Below, in pieces: positions 1 through 9,844 of a DNA stretch of 64,000 nt. A program made the translations under genes and the position numbers. Each line of letters opens with the position of its first letter. Positions within the stretch are counted from its first letter, which is position 1. This stretch comes from a virus, in IMG/VR virus record IMGVR_UViG_3300046007_014300, positions 5,292 through 69,291 of that record, one strand, 5' to 3'. The notes under the pieces are model-generated. The model was not told where the DNA came from. It worked only from the letters and a program-made list of their open reading frames with translations, and did not search any database.

Positions 1-138
1 CAAGGCAACCACAGCCCTACCAAGTAGCAGCCATTGAGTCCATTGAAAGCGGTGGAAGCGGTGGAAGCAGCTACAACCCCAAGCCCAGCTATCCTCCATC
101 CGATCGCTCGGGCCCGCGCCAGCGCCGGCCCCGGGGCT

Positions 139-1629
139 TCAAAGCATCGTGATCCAGCTGCTGTCCATCGGCCGCGCCGCCGCCCCAGCTTGGCCCGCCA
201 TGGCCAGGGCCATCACGGCATCATCGTGGTGCCCTGGGGCGGCGGCGCGCCCGCCTTTTTCGTCCTGGCGGAAGTTCCGCAGCTGATGGCCGAGGCCCTC
301 GCGCTCTTCACCGTCCGGGAATGGGCCCTTGGGAATGACCAGCTCCTCCTGCTCCAACAACAGCACGATCCGATCGGTCATCAGCAATTTTGAAGGCCCG
401 CCAGTATGAATTTCAGTTATTTCGATTGATGGGCGCAGCAAGCAAAGAGCTTCAGCAACCGCTGCGCCAACACCATTGTTTTCGACTGCCACCAGCACCG
501 GCGCATATTCGTCAATCAGCCGGGCGCAACGCCGCAGGCCGTAGTCCCGGCTTTGGCCGCTCACGTTGAAACCGGCCACCACCCGCCACGGGCTGCGGGT
601 GACATCGAGGACGATGCCGCAGAAGCCGTCGCCGCCGCCGCCATTGGGATCAATACCCAGCACGTAGACGTTCTGCCGATAGGGCGATTCCCAGCCACCG
701 CGAGACTCGGCCAGCTCGATCAGATCGTGGGAGTAAACCTCAGAGTCGCTGGCGGTGAAATCAAGCTCGAATTCACTTTGCCACTGAGCCTTGGTGATTT
801 GTAGCGCGCGTCTATGTTTTTCAGGCCACTCTGGATCCTGGTTGTAGACCGGATGCTGGGAGTAATGAATGCAAATCTTGGCGTACTGGTTGTCCGGGCT
901 GATTCGCAGCCGCGGGATGCCATTGGCCCCCATCGGCGTGGGATCGACAACCACTTCGCCGTGATCTTCGTGCCAGTGATCAGAAAACGCCCCGGATCGG
1001 CCTTTGGGGGTTGTAACCCACACGTGCCGCGCCGCGTCACCCAGCATGCTGGTAGTCGGCAGGGCGCCCTGCTCAATCCCCTTGAGCTTCTCGATGAAGG
1101 CCGCTTCATCGAACAGCAACATCGACGCCGAGGGGATGCCCCGGGCAGCCCGTTCGGTGGGCGGCAGAAAATGCAGGCTGCCGAAGCCGTTGAAAACCAG
1201 CTTCCGCATTGAATCCTTTGCGAACTTGGGGCAGCGTTCCCGCAGGCTGCTGGCCTGGCCCTTGATTCGCGCGGCCAGCTCGCTGGCGTCTTCGCCGGTT
1301 TTTGAAAAAACGACACCTGTCCATGCCGTTTTACGAATGGATTGACAGAGCTTGTACGAAATGATCGTTTCAGATGCGCCTACCTGACGGCTTTTCAGCA
1401 CATAAACATTTTTCACCCTGCGAATTACTTTGATTAAATCACGTTGATATACGTAAGGCACGAATGGCATGTACTTGCCACTTGAAGCGATTAACGTCTG
1501 TTCTGCGAAGTCTGGCCAGGCAGGAGGAAGCGTGTCCCATGGGGCGGCGGCCTTTTCAGACGTGCCCAGCGCTGGAATGGGTGAATACCAATCAACTATT
1601 GAAGGTGGCTTTACAATTATCTGAACCAT
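139..1629 (-). CDS. terL: Terminase large subunit
   Basis: Walker A-like LKSRQVGAS, Walker B LLFDEAAF, coupling motif VTTP, RNase H-like nuclease LGIDPNG ... HDDAVMALA. Confidence 0.92.
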   Translation of the reverse strand: MVQIIVKPPSIVDWYSPIPALGTSEKAAAPWDTLPPAWPDFAEQTLIASSGKYMPFVPYVYQRDLIKVIRRVKNVYVLKSRQVGASETIISYKLCQSIRKTAWTGVVFSKTGEDASELAARIKGQASSLRERCPKFAKDSMRKLVFNGFGSLHFLPPTERAARGIPSASMLLFDEAAFIEKLKGIEQGALPTTSMLGDAARHVWVTTPKGRSGAFSDHWHEDHGEVVVDPTPMGANGIPRLRISPDNQYAKICIHYSQHPVYNQDPEWPEKHRRALQITKAQWQSEFELDFTASDSEVYSHDLIELAESRGGWESPYRQNVYVLGIDPNGGGGDGFCGIVLDVTRSPWRVVAGFNVSGQSRDYGLRRCARLIDEYAPVLVAVENNGVGAAVAEALCLLRPSIEITEIHTGGPSKLLMTDRIVLLLEQEELVIPKGPFPDGEEREGLGHQLRNFRQDEKGGRAAAPGHHDDAVMALAMAGQAGAAARPMDSSWITML

Positions 1630-1632
1630 GCC

Positions 1633-2070
1633 TTACTCAAAATCCTCGCGAGGATCATGGGCCGCAGCTTCCCTGGTTGCCTGGTTGGCCACAATGTCGG
1701 CATCAGGCGCCTTTTCCATGAAATAGCGAGCCATCGAATCGCACGCCTGGATCATTGCGCCAGGATTTTTCAGCGTTCTCGCCAGCTTGTAAGAATTCTC
1801 ATAGCGATGAAAAATAATCAAGGCTATTCGCCTCTTATCGGTTTCTGTCAGCGACTCGACCATACCGCCAATCGCTTCATTGATATAAAGGCGAGCATTT
1901 GGCAAGCTCAGCCCCCATTTCTGGATGCAATGGCCCTCTAGGTCAAGGGCGGAATAGCCGTTAATACAAAGGGTTTGTAACTCCCGCACACGAAATAGTT
2001 TCTCTAATCGCGTTGCTTTTTTCCTGGGCTTTTTGGCTCCGGCAGGTTTTTTTTCTGCTGCTCCTGCCAC
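1633..2070 (-). CDS. Probable terminase small subunit
   Basis: 145 aa helical protein with basic N-terminus directly upstream of terL; assignment is positional. Confidence 0.55.
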   Translation of the reverse strand: MAGAAEKKPAGAKKPRKKATRLEKLFRVRELQTLCINGYSALDLEGHCIQKWGLSLPNARLYINEAIGGMVESLTETDKRRIALIIFHRYENSYKLARTLKNPGAMIQACDSMARYFMEKAPDADIVANQATREAAAHDPREDFE

Positions 2071-2200
2071 TCGTCAAGCAGACATGTTCGTCATGTTACC
2101 CATTTAATAGCAAATCAACTGGAAGAGTGCGCGCTGCCAATGGCTTGGCCCCGGCTCCTTCCACTCATAATGCCAATAACAATGATGGGCAAAGCGGCCA

Positions 2201-3625
2201 ATGCAGCGGGTCTTTGGTGCAATTGAGGCCCAACTGGACCGCATCGATGCTCGCCTAGGTGCCCGCAAGGCACGAGCGCCTGGCCAACTGGATCTGTTCG
2301 GCGGTGGCGCCCAAATTGACATGACGATGCCTGGCCAGGCTCCCAACAGCGGCCGGAACAGCCAGAAGCCCCCGGCGGTGGGCCGGGCGGCCCGCGGCGC
2401 AACCGCACGAGAGGGCAAGCCTTGCGGGGATGGTCACATCTCTGCGGGCCTCACCTGCCACAAATCAGGCAGTGCAGCGACACCAGACGCCCAAACACCA
2501 CCCAAGGGGCCAGCCTCCGCTCCAGCCACGCCAACAGCAGGGGAGGCGGCCCAGGGCAACACCAGCGCCGAGGCCTCTCCAGGCAGCGGTGCTGCCACCA
2601 GCTACGCCAGCCCAGCAGACCTCAGCTACGAGCTTGCCCTGGATGCCCACAGAGGCACTTCCTTTGACCCGGAGAAACGAGCCAGATCACACCAAGAGGA
2701 TTACGCCGCTCATCTAAACAGCCTCTACGCACGACTGCAGGAGTCGGCTGAGTCACCGGAGCAAAGAGCGATCTTGGACGCCGAGATGAAGGCATACAAG
2801 GATGGCTACACCAAGCGCTATACCGCCTGGCTGGGCGCAAAAAGCCGGATTGTGAGCCCAATGATCGCCGGGCCCAGCAATTTCCCGGTGCGGCGCATGG
2901 AGAAGGCAAACCGTGCTGAAGATGTGAGACGGCGCGAGCTGGAGGATTTCACCACCAGGGCCCAAAGCAGCATCTATCGCAAGCTGCAGCGTGGCCGCAC
3001 TCCAGAGGCCGCCCACGCCCAGGAGCTGGCCATGGTCGCCCGCAGCATCGATAGAAGCATCACCTGGACAAGGGAAGCGGAATCGGGGCGCACGTTTTAC
3101 GACCGGTCGTCAGCGGCGGCCTCGATTTCGGGCAAAATAAGCCGCTTGGCCAAAAACGGCCAGGTGGAGCTAGTGCGTGACCTCCTCGACCACCTAAGAG
3201 ACCAACAGGACACGCTGCGCAAGCCATTGTTCACCCCCAGGCATTCGGTCTGGAACCTGGAGGAGACGGCCCGGCAACAACGGCTGGCAACAACCGCCAA
3301 AGCCGCCTCAGCAAAAGCCGGTGCAGCAGCAGCGGACTACAAAAGCGGTGAGATCGAGCGTGATTTCGACAACAACCGGGTCCGGATCCGGTTCCACAAT
3401 GGCAAGCCATCCGATGCCATCCGCAGCCAGCTGAAAAGATCTGGCTGGCGCTGGAGCCCCAGCAACAGCGCGTGGCAGCGCATGAACACCGAAAACAGCG
3501 TCTACGCGGCCAAGCGCATCCTCAAAGCTGCTGATGAAGAGCAAAAATCCCGTGGTGACAGCATTGAAGCAATCGAAAACAGACTGCTACGGCTGAGTGC
3601 AGCTAAATCAAAAGTTGCATGTTAG
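2201..3625 (+). CDS. Leader-module protein with DUF3560-like/polyvalent-protein domain
   Basis: Leader RIDA...PGQLDLF...GKPCGDGHISAGLTCHK; body motifs SPMIAGPSNFPVRR and KPSDAIRSQLKRSGWRWSPSNSAWQR resemble DUF3560-type mobile-element proteins. Confidence 0.7.
   Translation: MQRVFGAIEAQLDRIDARLGARKARAPGQLDLFGGGAQIDMTMPGQAPNSGRNSQKPPAVGRAARGATAREGKPCGDGHISAGLTCHKSGSAATPDAQTPPKGPASAPATPTAGEAAQGNTSAEASPGSGAATSYASPADLSYELALDAHRGTSFDPEKRARSHQEDYAAHLNSLYARLQESAESPEQRAILDAEMKAYKDGYTKRYTAWLGAKSRIVSPMIAGPSNFPVRRMEKANRAEDVRRRELEDFTTRAQSSIYRKLQRGRTPEAAHAQELAMVARSIDRSITWTREAESGRTFYDRSSAAASISGKISRLAKNGQVELVRDLLDHLRDQQDTLRKPLFTPRHSVWNLEETARQQRLATTAKAASAKAGAAAADYKSGEIERDFDNNRVRIRFHNGKPSDAIRSQLKRSGWRWSPSNSAWQRMNTENSVYAAKRILKAADEEQKSRGDSIEAIENRLLRLSAAKSKVAC
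2414..2464 (+). repeat. Dispersed repeat encoding GKPCGDGHISAGLTCHK (copy 1)
   Basis: 49/51 nt identical to 15083-15133; related copies near 15776, 17227 and 60348. Confidence 0.95.
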
Positions 3626-3666
3626 GATTGGGGCGCAATTGACCAGCTTTAGGCCAAAGCAAAAGG

Positions 3667-4047
3667 ATGTCAGACCGACAGACAGGCAGAACCACCGCAC
3701 AAATGAATGCTGCCTTACCCGGCGCGGTTTTTGTGTGGCTAAATAGCAACTTGTTCTACCCAAAGGCCCTAGCGGCAAAGTTGGGGCGTGATGACCTGGA
3801 GGTGCGCCCATTGTCATGGCTTACAGTGCGCAACACGAGGGGACGCAGATTCAATTACTCAGAGGTGGTCGTGGATCATGCTGTCCCGTTTGACAGCGAG
3901 CGCTATGCAGCGCTGAATATCTTGCTCACAACTGGTTGCAAAGTGTATGGAGCAAAAAGAGCCTTTTTGCAGCAAATAAATGATCAGTGTAAATACTCAA
4001 GACCGCTGCCTAGCCAGATACTAAATGAACTTGCCCACCAATTCTAA
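3667..4047 (+). CDS. Hypothetical protein (degenerate P-loop-like, RQTGRTT ... VVVDH)
   Basis: 126 aa ORF in co-directional run. Confidence 0.55.
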   Translation: MSDRQTGRTTAQMNAALPGAVFVWLNSNLFYPKALAAKLGRDDLEVRPLSWLTVRNTRGRRFNYSEVVVDHAVPFDSERYAALNILLTTGCKVYGAKRAFLQQINDQCKYSRPLPSQILNELAHQF

Positions 4048-4371
4048 ATGAACCCCAACTGGCGCCAGTTTGCGGCCATCGCTTTCGATCCCACGGTGGC
4101 TGCAGTGATCAAAGCGTTGGCGCTCGAAGTGCCCCCCGAAGGGCGGCCTGTGGCGTTTGCCGGTGCGGACGCATTCATGGCGGCCCGCACCACAGAAGGG
4201 AAATGGGTGGTGCTCGATCATGGCGGCAGCCGGTTTGTCGATGGCCCCGCCGAGGTGCGCAAGGCGGCCAAGCTGGCCGCCGGCACCCCCCACGGCGACG
4301 CCCTGCGCCAGTGGCTGGGGTGGTGGGGCTGGGTGCCAGCGGCCAAGGCCAAACCTCAATCAGGCGGCTAG
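4048..4371 (+). CDS. Hypothetical protein
   Basis: 107 aa ORF abutting the upstream stop codon. Confidence 0.6.
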   Translation: MNPNWRQFAAIAFDPTVAAVIKALALEVPPEGRPVAFAGADAFMAARTTEGKWVVLDHGGSRFVDGPAEVRKAAKLAAGTPHGDALRQWLGWWGWVPAAKAKPQSGG

Positions 4372-4377
4372 GACGCC

Positions 4378-4674
4378 ATGGCACCAGTGGATTGGAGCAA
4401 ATATCCAGACGACTGGAAAGAGATCGCCCTCAATGTGAAGCGCCAATCGGACTGGGCCTGCGAAGGCTGCAAAACCCAGTGCCGGCGCCCCGGGGAGCCG
4501 TTTGTCACCCACCGGCTGACACTCACGGTCGCTCACATCAACCACATCGAGCACGACTGCCGGCCCGAGAACCTGGTGGCCCTATGCGCACCCTGCCACC
4601 TGCGCTATGACGGTGAGAGGCGCCGGCTGCAAAAGCGAGCGCTGGCACGCATTCAAAACGTAAAACAAACCTAA
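4378..4674 (+). CDS. HNH endonuclease
   Basis: CEGC ... LTVAHINH ... [14 protein letters not shown] zinc-HNH signature. Confidence 0.85.
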   Translation: MAPVDWSKYPDDWKEIALNVKRQSDWACEGCKTQCRRPGEPFVTHRLTLTVAHINHIEHDCRPENLVALCAPCHLRYDGERRRLQKRALARIQNVKQT

Positions 4675-5567
4675 AATAATGATTCCTGAATGACTTGCTC
4701 ACCATCGTCGATCATGGCCATGCGACGCAGCTTGCCCATTGCCTTGTTGACGATGTTGGAAACCCGATCAGCAGTTGTATCAAGCATCCTGGCGATTTCT
4801 GTTTTAGGCAATTCATTTAGATACAACAGCTCAATTATTTCGGTTTCTTCATCTGATAGAAAAGGGAGCATTGCCGCCAGCCTCTCAAGCTGAAGAGCAT
4901 TTTCCAGCCGATCTTCCTCAATATCGACGCGGCTTTTGGGGCATGGCAAGACCTCTTCTAGGCAGCGCTTCTCATCAGGCAACAGGACTGATGTGCTGCC
5001 GCATTTTTTGGCGCGAGCCCCTATCCGAATGCGTTCCAACTGTTCCATACTTTTTAGCCCTGAAATCTCCAGCAACTCAGCATCCGTAAGCCGATTTGGA
5101 CTGGATGCGATATGGCGCTCGACCCTGAACAGCACCTCCAGCACATTGGTCGGGATGCGAATCGTATCCGCAGTTTCTGCCAGGGCGCGATACATCGCCT
5201 GTCGCACCCACCAATAGGCATAAGTGCCCAGGGTATAACCCTTGGTCGGATCGAACATCTCGACCCCGCGCTGCAAGCCGATTGCCCCCTCCTGGATCAG
5301 ATCCTCAAGGGGGAGGCCCATCCGGCAATACTTTTTGGCGACGGTGACGCACATCCTCATGTTTCCTGTCACCAACCGGTCTCGTGCCCGCATGCCTGCT
5401 CGCCGTATTGCCCCCGGCGCCGCGTCAGGGCCGCCAGGCCAATCCAGCCACTCTCGAACCTGCTGGCCCCTGAGCAGCTGCTCGGTCTTGTTTGGGATCG
5501 GATACCGGCCGAAATCGGCCAGCATGGCGCCGACCATTGATGATCTCTCGCCTGACCTGCTGGCCAT
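4671..5567 (-). CDS. Sigma-70 family RNA polymerase sigma factor (cyanobacterial group-2-like)
   Basis: Region 2 [40 protein letters not shown], region 4 HTH EIARML...[14 protein letters not shown]. Confidence 0.93.
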   Translation of the reverse strand: MASRSGERSSMVGAMLADFGRYPIPNKTEQLLRGQQVREWLDWPGGPDAAPGAIRRAGMRARDRLVTGNMRMCVTVAKKYCRMGLPLEDLIQEGAIGLQRGVEMFDPTKGYTLGTYAYWWVRQAMYRALAETADTIRIPTNVLEVLFRVERHIASSPNRLTDAELLEISGLKSMEQLERIRIGARAKKCGSTSVLLPDEKRCLEEVLPCPKSRVDIEEDRLENALQLERLAAMLPFLSDEETEIIELLYLNELPKTEIARMLDTTADRVSNIVNKAMGKLRRMAMIDDGEQVIQESLF

Positions 5568-5703
5568 GGCCCCGCATCGCCGATGGTCGCCGCAAGCCTA
5601 CCGTCCATCCCGTCCAGGATTGGCGATGAAGTGCCCAGGCATTCAGGAGAATGGACGGGCGGCCTTAACCTGATCGAGCGCCTTTCGTAAAAGAGCAGGG
5701 ATT

Positions 5704-7710
5704 TTGGCTACCGACGGAATCGCTTTTGAGGAACGGTTTGACGGGGTATTGGTTAACACCCTGACCAGAATGGGCACCAGTCAGGACAAGGAGCGATACA
5801 CCGGTGTTGCAGCGCCGGAAATTCTGCAACCCGCTGACCTGGACGCTTTATACATAAACAACTGGCTCTGCCGGCGCATTGTCGACATCATCCCGCAGGA
5901 GACCACCAGGGCGGGCTGGGCCCTGACCCTGGGCACGGAAACCACCGATGCTGAGAAAAAGCGGTTTGATCGGCTGGTTGCGGTTGGCGAAGACATGGGG
6001 ATCCGCACCCATGTCAAGAAAGCCATGCGGCAGTCTCGCCTTCATGGTGGCGCGGCGATCATCATGATTTTGGACGACAACACTCCCATCGATGAGCCTG
6101 TCAACCTCAAGAAGCTACGGGCCATCAAGGGGCTACATGCCATGGATTGCCAACGGATTTGGCCGGCAGCGGGCTGGAGCGGTGTAGGCGAACCTGACCT
6201 TTATCAAATGCAAATCAATCGAGATGAAGATTTGCGGAAGATTGGGATGAAAGATCAATTACTGCATGTGCCTATCCATCGCTCAAGGCTGCTGCGTTTT
6301 GAAGGGGACGATGCTCCGTACAGCTACAAAAGTCACTTTAAGTGGTGGGGCATATCCGTATTGCAGTCCGTTTGGAATGTATTCAAGCGCTATGAAACAG
6401 GCCAAGCATCAGCCGCCAACATCCTTAACGATTTCAGCCTTTATGTGCAAAAAATCAAGGGTTTAAAAGGCATGGTTGAGCAAGGGAAAGGCGACTTTGT
6501 GGCCAATCGGTTGTCACTGAACGCGCTGATGCGTTCAGTGATCGGCGGGATCGCCCTGGACGCTGATGGCGAGGAGGCCTCGTTTCTGACCCGTTCGGCC
6601 GCCGGGGTCGATTCGATCATCGAAAGACTCAAGGATGAGGTGCAGGGGGCAAGCCGGATCCCCCATACCAAGCTTTGGGGCAGCTCCCCATCGGGGTTAG
6701 GGGCCACTGGGCAGTCCGAGAAGTCGGATTTTGCGCAGGAAGTTCACATGCTCCAGGAGGACCACCTGGATCGGGCGCTGCGGCAGTACTACGAAACCCT
6801 GGCCGCCTGCTCAACCAATCGGGCAGCAATGGAATTGCCGGAGGATTGGCAGATTGATTTTCACAGCACCATCACCCTTTCCGACCTGGAAGAGGCCGAG
6901 CTACGGGGCAAGGTGGCAACGGCCGACAGCCAGAACATCCAGTCAGGTGTGTTGCAGCCCAACGAAGTGGCCTTGGCGCGTTTTGGCGGGGCCAAGTTCT
7001 CGATGGAAACCACCCTGCTGGACCGCGAGAAGAATGGCGCGATCAAACAGGATCCCCAAAACCTGCCACCACCCACTTTTGGTGGTGACCTGGCCACTCT
7101 GCCCGGCGAGGCCATTGGCCAGGGCCAGGGCCAGCAGCAGGCCCCCCGGGGGGACAGCGGGGACGAACGCGACGACGGTTGCTGCCGCCCCTGCGACGCC
7201 GCCACCGCCAGGGGGAAGCCCGCCACCTGCAACGACGGCGCCGTCGACGGCCAGCAGCAGGCCGATGACCAGCTGGAGGGGTCGTTGCAGGTGGAGGGCT
7301 TTCCCCTCCAGCAAGCGGCGGCCGCCGAGGCCCACGCCAAGGCGATCGCCAGGGCAATCGCGCAGGACAAGCGCCGCAAGGGCCGCGGCCGGCGGCCCGG
7401 GGTACGGGCGGACGGCAGCCGGGTGACCGGTCGGAGGGTGGTGGCCGGCGTGCCAGTTGACGTCCGCATCGATGGCAGCGCCACCCTGGTCGGACCCTAC
7501 GGGCAGGCCCTGGCTCTCGAAGCGGCAGTGGGCTTTGACTGCAGCGGGCTATGGGAGGTGCTCAGCCCAGCCGGCCAATGGACCGCCGTGGTGGGAGTGG
7601 AAGACCAGGCCATGGTGGTGGCCGCCGCCGGCCCGGGTGCCCGGGTGCGCCGCCTCGATGGCATCGACTTGCTGGCGATGGGGGTCCGATGCGACAGCTA
7701 TGAGCCATGA
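5704..7710 (+). CDS. Portal protein (DUF1073 family) with ~200 aa C-terminal extension
   Basis: LYINNWLCRRIVDIIPQETTRAGW, IHRSRLLRF, WGISVL, ASRIPHTKLWGSSPSGL motifs; followed by F-like head gene; TTG start uncertain. Confidence 0.87.
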   Translation: MATDGIAFEERFDGVLVNTLTRMGTSQDKERYTGVAAPEILQPADLDALYINNWLCRRIVDIIPQETTRAGWALTLGTETTDAEKKRFDRLVAVGEDMGIRTHVKKAMRQSRLHGGAAIIMILDDNTPIDEPVNLKKLRAIKGLHAMDCQRIWPAAGWSGVGEPDLYQMQINRDEDLRKIGMKDQLLHVPIHRSRLLRFEGDDAPYSYKSHFKWWGISVLQSVWNVFKRYETGQASAANILNDFSLYVQKIKGLKGMVEQGKGDFVANRLSLNALMRSVIGGIALDADGEEASFLTRSAAGVDSIIERLKDEVQGASRIPHTKLWGSSPSGLGATGQSEKSDFAQEVHMLQEDHLDRALRQYYETLAACSTNRAAMELPEDWQIDFHSTITLSDLEEAELRGKVATADSQNIQSGVLQPNEVALARFGGAKFSMETTLLDREKNGAIKQDPQNLPPPTFGGDLATLPGEAIGQGQGQQQAPRGDSGDERDDGCCRPCDAATARGKPATCNDGAVDGQQQADDQLEGSLQVEGFPLQQAAAAEAHAKAIARAIAQDKRRKGRGRRPGVRADGSRVTGRRVVAGVPVDVRIDGSATLVGPYGQALALEAAVGFDCSGLWEVLSPAGQWTAVVGVEDQAMVVAAAGPGARVRRLDGIDLLAMGVRCDSYEP

Positions 7711-9098
7711 GCATTGACCGTCGGCTGGAGCTCCAGCAGCGGCTAAGCGACGAACTGCGGGGCCTGGAGGATGAAGCGATCGGGCGGATCGGTCGCGTCT
7801 TCGAGGGGGCCCTGCGGGAAACGGTCGCACGCATTTTTGCGCAGCTCGATGGCATCGCCGCCCAACCCGCCTATGACCCAAAGACCACCCCAGGGGCGTT
7901 TTTGGGATCCACCCCCGAGGGGCAGGTATCCATCGATCCGGGTTTGAAGAATCAAGCCCAGCTGATCCTGCAGGGGCAGCTGCTCCAAGATCTGCGCCAG
8001 ATCGTCGATTCGATGCAGCTCTCCCCCCGGCGGATAGAGCGGCTGGAGGCAGAACTGAAAGCCCTGTTCGATCGGGCCCAGGGACTGGGCAGCGAATATG
8101 CCCTCCAGATCACCGGGGCAGAACTCGAGCCCTCCCTGGCGGTGCTCTCCCCTGAGGGGCAGATCGAGCGGCTGCCAGGCCAAGGCCAAGGCCAGGGCCC
8201 CGCACCGATCGAGATGCCATCGGCGCCAGATCGGGGGTACCAGGGTGGGCAACGGTTGAGCCGGCTCTTCGATCTCAGCGGTGCGGTGATCGCGGCGGAA
8301 CGCGATTTCAAGAGCCTGTCCGAGAACTACGCCAAAGAACGTGATGCGGCCTCCGATGAGCACGTCAGGGCGTCAAAGGCTTACTACGCCAAGTGGTGGG
8401 CTGAATGGGGGGAATCGGTGTCATTTGAGACGGCGCGCCAGATGGCCCAGGGCCCCGATCCCCGGGCGCTGAAGGCCAAGCTGCGGGAGAGGATCCCAAC
8501 CATCAACGAGGCCTTCAAAAACCGGGCGGAAACGATCGCCCGCACCGAAACCTTGATGGCATCTGGCGAGGCCCAAGAGCGGATCTACCGCCGGCTGCGG
8601 GTTGGCTTTGTGCAATACCTGGCGACGCTTGATGACCGCACCTGCGAGTTCTGTGCGCCCCGATCCGGCTGCATCTACTGGATTGGTGGGGTGAGAACCC
8701 CGATCCATCCGAACTGCCGCTGCGGCGAGAGCCCGATCACCTTGGAATCGCTGGTGATCCAGAACAGCATGGCGAAATCGCCGGAGCAGACCTGGGAGGC
8801 CGAGTTCCAGGCCCATGCGGCGGCCACCATGGCCTATTTCCGGGCGGCCGCCGGCGCCGATGCGGTGCCCCGGCCGGTCGGTGGGCCCGGGGACATGCGG
8901 GGCACGTCTGCTGACTACCCCTTGATGGAGCGCAAGGGCCTGCCGCAAAGCGTGGCAAGGAAAGCCTTGAGCCAAGATGACCCACTGAACCAGGCCGCGC
9001 GCGATTGGCCAGCTGGTGACCCGGTGTGGTGCCCGCGGCGAGGATGGCTGGACCAGCAGGCCAGGGCGGCCTATGAGGCAATTTTGAGATCGGTTTGA
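7707..9098 (+). CDS. Minor head morphogenesis protein (Mu gpF/SPP1 gp7-like)
   Basis: RAETIARTE, ATLDDRTCEFC, PIHPNCRC motifs; ATGA overlap with portal. Confidence 0.9.
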   Translation: MSIDRRLELQQRLSDELRGLEDEAIGRIGRVFEGALRETVARIFAQLDGIAAQPAYDPKTTPGAFLGSTPEGQVSIDPGLKNQAQLILQGQLLQDLRQIVDSMQLSPRRIERLEAELKALFDRAQGLGSEYALQITGAELEPSLAVLSPEGQIERLPGQGQGQGPAPIEMPSAPDRGYQGGQRLSRLFDLSGAVIAAERDFKSLSENYAKERDAASDEHVRASKAYYAKWWAEWGESVSFETARQMAQGPDPRALKAKLRERIPTINEAFKNRAETIARTETLMASGEAQERIYRRLRVGFVQYLATLDDRTCEFCAPRSGCIYWIGGVRTPIHPNCRCGESPITLESLVIQNSMAKSPEQTWEAEFQAHAAATMAYFRAAAGADAVPRPVGGPGDMRGTSADYPLMERKGLPQSVARKALSQDDPLNQAARDWPAGDPVWCPRRGWLDQQARAAYEAILRSV

Positions 9099-9109
9099 TC
9101 AAGTACCCG

Positions 9110-9361
9110 TCAAGTACCTATCGCTTGAAGAGCAGCATTAGCTCGCTCAATCCATTCCAGTGCATGTGGTACGCAACCTGAGCCGTGAATTGGGCACTCT
9201 GGTATAGCCCTGAAAACTTGTTCGCGGTTTTCAAGCAGCCTATCGGTAATGTCCAGTTGTTCACGCAGGTACAGCGCGCAACGGTGCTGGCCACTTGTAC
9301 CCCTTTGCCATTGATAATTGCAAGTGCTGCATTCCATAAACTTGGAGGAATCGGGTGTCAT
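9110..9361 (-). CDS. Small Cys-containing hypothetical protein
   Basis: ORF with CSTC and CPIHGSGC; start chosen at ATG overlapping the upstream ORF. Confidence 0.5.
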   Translation of the reverse strand: MTPDSSKFMECSTCNYQWQRGTSGQHRCALYLREQLDITDRLLENREQVFRAIPECPIHGSGCVPHALEWIERANAALQAIGT

Positions 9362-9549
9362 TGGGCCTCGTTGGGAGATTGAACCAACCCTGCCCACGGG
9401 CATAACGGGCAGCCGTGCTCTCCGTCGTCGCAGCCGTCTTCAATTGGATCGATCCCGCGAACTAACAGGCCATGGGCGATAGCAGCATCAAGGCAGCGCT
9501 CTTCATTGCCTTGCTCGTGGGAGTCAACATTGTCAGCGGGTTCAATCAT
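9358..9549 (-). CDS. Small hypothetical protein
   Basis: 63 aa ORF, CPLC, ATGA overlap with next gene. Confidence 0.45.
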   Translation of the reverse strand: MIEPADNVDSHEQGNEERCLDAAIAHGLLVRGIDPIEDGCDDGEHGCPLCPWAGLVQSPNEAQ

Positions 9550-9585
9550 GGGCCTTTTTTGTTGAGTAATTAGCGGTGGGTACGA

Positions 9586-9840
9586 TCATGAATGGGCTGT
9601 GAGTTGGGCACGGATAGCCAGCATTTCGGAGCCAAGCGGGCACCAGTCTGGAGTTGTCCAAGATGTATCGCCTACCTCGCGTCTAGCCTTTAAAATCCCC
9701 CAACCGTGCGAAGGATGAGTGCAGTAAATATAAAGTCCGCTATCACCTTGGTGGCAGTAGTAATGTTTTGAGCAGTATCGACACCCATTGCAGGATGCAG
9801 ATATGTGAAGACTGGGTCCATCTCGTAAATCTGGTTCCAT
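9586..9840 (-). CDS. Small Cys-rich hypothetical protein
   Basis: SCNGCRYC ... TPDWCPL motif common in small phage proteins. Confidence 0.55.
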   Translation of the reverse strand: MEPDLRDGPSLHISASCNGCRYCSKHYYCHQGDSGLYIYCTHPSHGWGILKARREVGDTSWTTPDWCPLGSEMLAIRAQLTAHS

Positions 9841-9844
9841 GCTG

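Noticed and set aside
47-72. AAGCGGTGG tandem repeat near the window start
   Set aside because: Only about 2.5 copies at the edge of the window; no function can be supported.
5704-7710. Anti-CBASS Acb1 nuclease (label sometimes attached to DUF1073 proteins)
   Set aside because: No pair of HxT 2H-phosphoesterase motifs recognised in the extension; position and motifs indicate portal.
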